Source: Clostridia bacterium
GTDB lineage: Bacteria > Bacillota > Clostridia > JAAYHZ01
Assembly (NCBI GenBank): GCA_050950825.1
Contig: JBMNIH010000002.1
Location: forward strand, 1-64,000
Direction: 5' to 3'
DNA: 64,000 nt
Positions 62,252-64,000 of this stretch are shown one piece after another. Each line of letters starts with the position of its first letter. The first letter of the stretch is position 1. The position numbers and the translations under genes were made by a program. The notes beneath the pieces were generated by a model that did not search any database, had not been told where the DNA came from, and saw nothing but the letters and a program-made list of their open reading frames with translations.

Positions 62252-62265
62252 TGAGAACCGTCCCT
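62252..62265 (+). repeat. REP-like motif copy
   Basis: TGAGAACCGTCCCT between co-oriented genes. Confidence 0.75.
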
Positions 62266-62274
62266 TCACTTTTA

Positions 62275-62646
62275 TCATAACTTATGACCGCAAATGGGAC
62301 AGAATATAAAGCGATCATCATCGGTTACATATCCGCAACTTAAGCATTTTCTCTGTTGATTAGAAGAGGTATAGGCTTCGCGAAGATCCTCTCTATTAAT
62401 TGAATTTTTCTGTCCTCTTTCCAAAGCTTGTCCAAGCTCCTTATCAATTAAGAAAACGGTATTGCAGCAGGATGTTTTTACATAATACCGTTTATTCCAT
62501 CGGAAAAGAGGAATAAAGAACAGACTGAAATAGGTATATGTTACGAAAACTTCATAACTACCGTATCTGCCGCATCGCGGACATATATCCGGTTGACGAA
62601 ACTCAAGCTGTTTTTCTCCTTGATTAATGCCCATGATTAAAAACAT
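62275..62646 (-). CDS. Zinc-ribbon domain protein
   Basis: CPRCG, FSLFFIPLF, C..CG...FCPICG. Confidence 0.82.
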   Translation of the reverse strand: MFLIMGINQGEKQLEFRQPDICPRCGRYGSYEVFVTYTYFSLFFIPLFRWNKRYYVKTSCCNTVFLIDKELGQALERGQKNSINREDLREAYTSSNQQRKCLSCGYVTDDDRFIFCPICGHKL

Positions 62647-62671
62647 TTTTTCTCTACCCTATTACAAAGGT

Positions 62672-63118
62672 TTAAATTTTTGCCGTCTCAATTCTTGCTT
62701 TTTCGGCCTTTTTTATGCTCTCTATAAGCCATTCCGGAGAATCCGTACAAGAAAGAATCTCAGGATATGTCATCCAATAGGCCTCGCTAACTTCATTATT
62801 ATCCGGTTTTAATTCTCCCGCAAGATATTCACACATGAAAACCATATCCACAACCGGTAGTTCGGGATTTACGTAGAATAGCTTGCTTTCCAAATAATAC
62901 ATGGTACTCGAAACCGTAATACCGACTTCCTCGGCGATTTCTTTTTTTAAAGTCTCTTCAAGGATATTAGGCGTAAAGGAATCGGCCTCTACCTTCCCTC
63001 CGACCAATGACAATAAACCGGGGGCATGGTCCTCCTTATCGCTCCTCCTAATAATCAACCACCTATTACCCTTATAGATCGCAGCCTCCACATTAACAAT
63101 GTAAAGCTTGTTCTCCAT
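62672..63118 (-). CDS. NUDIX hydrolase
   Basis: GGKVE....EETLKKEIAEEVG box. Confidence 0.85.
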   Translation of the reverse strand: MENKLYIVNVEAAIYKGNRWLIIRRSDKEDHAPGLLSLVGGKVEADSFTPNILEETLKKEIAEEVGITVSSTMYYLESKLFYVNPELPVVDMVFMCEYLAGELKPDNNEVSEAYWMTYPEILSCTDSPEWLIESIKKAEKARIETAKI

Positions 63119-63130
63119 GATCTTCTCCTT

Positions 63131-63685
63131 TCATCCCGTGGAATTCTCCTTGACTTTCTTTCGATAATCCTCTCGGGTTAAAGAATAACAGACATCGTCA
63201 TAGATATTTCCGTTGAATATAACCGATGCGCGCTTTAGTGTCCCCTCGTATTGGAAACCGCATTTTTCAATCACTCTTTTGGAACGAATATTGCTCGGGT
63301 AATGGTAGACCGAAATCAAATCCAATCCCATGTCTTCAAAAGCATAACGTATAACCTCTCTGGCTGCTTCGGTCATTAACCCTTTGCCCCAATAATCCTC
63401 TGACAAAACATAACCTAACATTCTGACATTATCATTATTCCGCTTTCTATCTATATGCAAGCCAATGGATCCTATCACTTTACCCGTGTTTTTATCGGTT
63501 ATTGCCCACACATCGTTATTCTCTATAAACATTTTCAGTATATCGAACGATACTTCCTTGCTTTCATGTGGACGCCAACCTGCATTCGGACCGACTCTCG
63601 GGTTTTTTGCATATTCATAAAAATCATCCAAATCACTTTCACGAAATTTCCTTAATATCAAGCGCTCGGTTATTAATGTTTTCAT
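63131..63685 (-). CDS. RimJ/RimL-type GNAT acetyltransferase
   Basis: TERLILR, YWGKGLMTEA, N.RS.RV.EKCGF..EG. Confidence 0.9.
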   Translation of the reverse strand: MKTLITERLILRKFRESDLDDFYEYAKNPRVGPNAGWRPHESKEVSFDILKMFIENNDVWAITDKNTGKVIGSIGLHIDRKRNNDNVRMLGYVLSEDYWGKGLMTEAAREVIRYAFEDMGLDLISVYHYPSNIRSKRVIEKCGFQYEGTLKRASVIFNGNIYDDVCYSLTREDYRKKVKENSTG

Positions 63686-63811
63686 GGTTTTCCTCATCAA
63701 TATGCTACATCCGTTGTGATTGTATATTATATCACTAGATACATTCTATGGCAAATTTATCTTATGTTTCAAAAACACAAGCTATTCTCGTACTTTCTTT
63801 CCTAACTCCAA

Positions 63812-63842
63812 TAAAAAAAGAAGGCAGGATTAACCTACCTTC
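63812..63842 (-). terminator. Intrinsic terminator
   Basis: Minus strand GAAGGTAGG-ttaat-CCTGCCTTC-TTTTTTT. Confidence 0.75.
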
Positions 63843-63867
63843 AAGAGCTAGGGAGTATTTATGAATA

Positions 63868-63999
63868 TCAACCTTTCGGTTGAATGTGTATGAGGTCAAA
63901 TACGGTTCCCGTAATCTCGATGTCATCGACGGTATATACGGCACATTTGTCTCCTTTATACGCGTATACCGTCATGACATACGGGGACTTTGCTCTTCT
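63868..63999 (-). CDS. C-terminal end of a gene entering from beyond the window
   Basis: ...KSPYVMTVYAYKGDKCAVYTVDDIEITGTVFDLIHIQPKG*, followed by a terminator. Confidence 0.5.
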   Translation of the reverse strand, partial: RRAKSPYVMTVYAYKGDKCAVYTVDDIEITGTVFDLIHIQPKG

Positions 64000-64000
64000 T

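Noticed and set aside
31235-62265. TGAGAACCGTCCC copies as a CRISPR array
   Set aside because: Too short, kilobases apart, in both orientations, and no cas genes in the window.
63762-63944. 60-aa minus-strand ORF
   Set aside because: It runs through a clear terminator; another frame ending at 63868 fits better as the end of an upstream gene.

Overview
A 64-kb window from a low-GC, probably spore-forming Clostridia-like (Bacillota) genome, inferred from gene content and promoter patterns. Most of it encodes carbohydrate-catabolism-type enzymes of unknown substrate (DUF4838, two ceramidase-like proteins, two heparinase-like proteins, GHL6, CE15, Gfo/Idh/MocA, UroD family, an orphan sugar-binding protein) and housekeeping genes (coaX with panT, hflKC, cls, rtcB, mscS, a butanol dehydrogenase). 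Mobile DNA includes an intact class IIC group II intron behind a terminator, a truncated IS256 containing a truncated ISLre2-family element, and a REP-associated tyrosine transposase (RAYT). Two signals stand out. First, two ~163-nt non-coding rod-like elements with identical ends and compensatory stem changes, each just downstream of an unrelated transposase. Second, about ten intergenic copies of a non-palindromic TGAGAACCGTCCC motif around the RAYT gene. The ORF track lists 24235..25536 (mscS) on the minus strand, but the sequence reads on the plus strand. All family assignments come from motif recognition by eye, not database searches.
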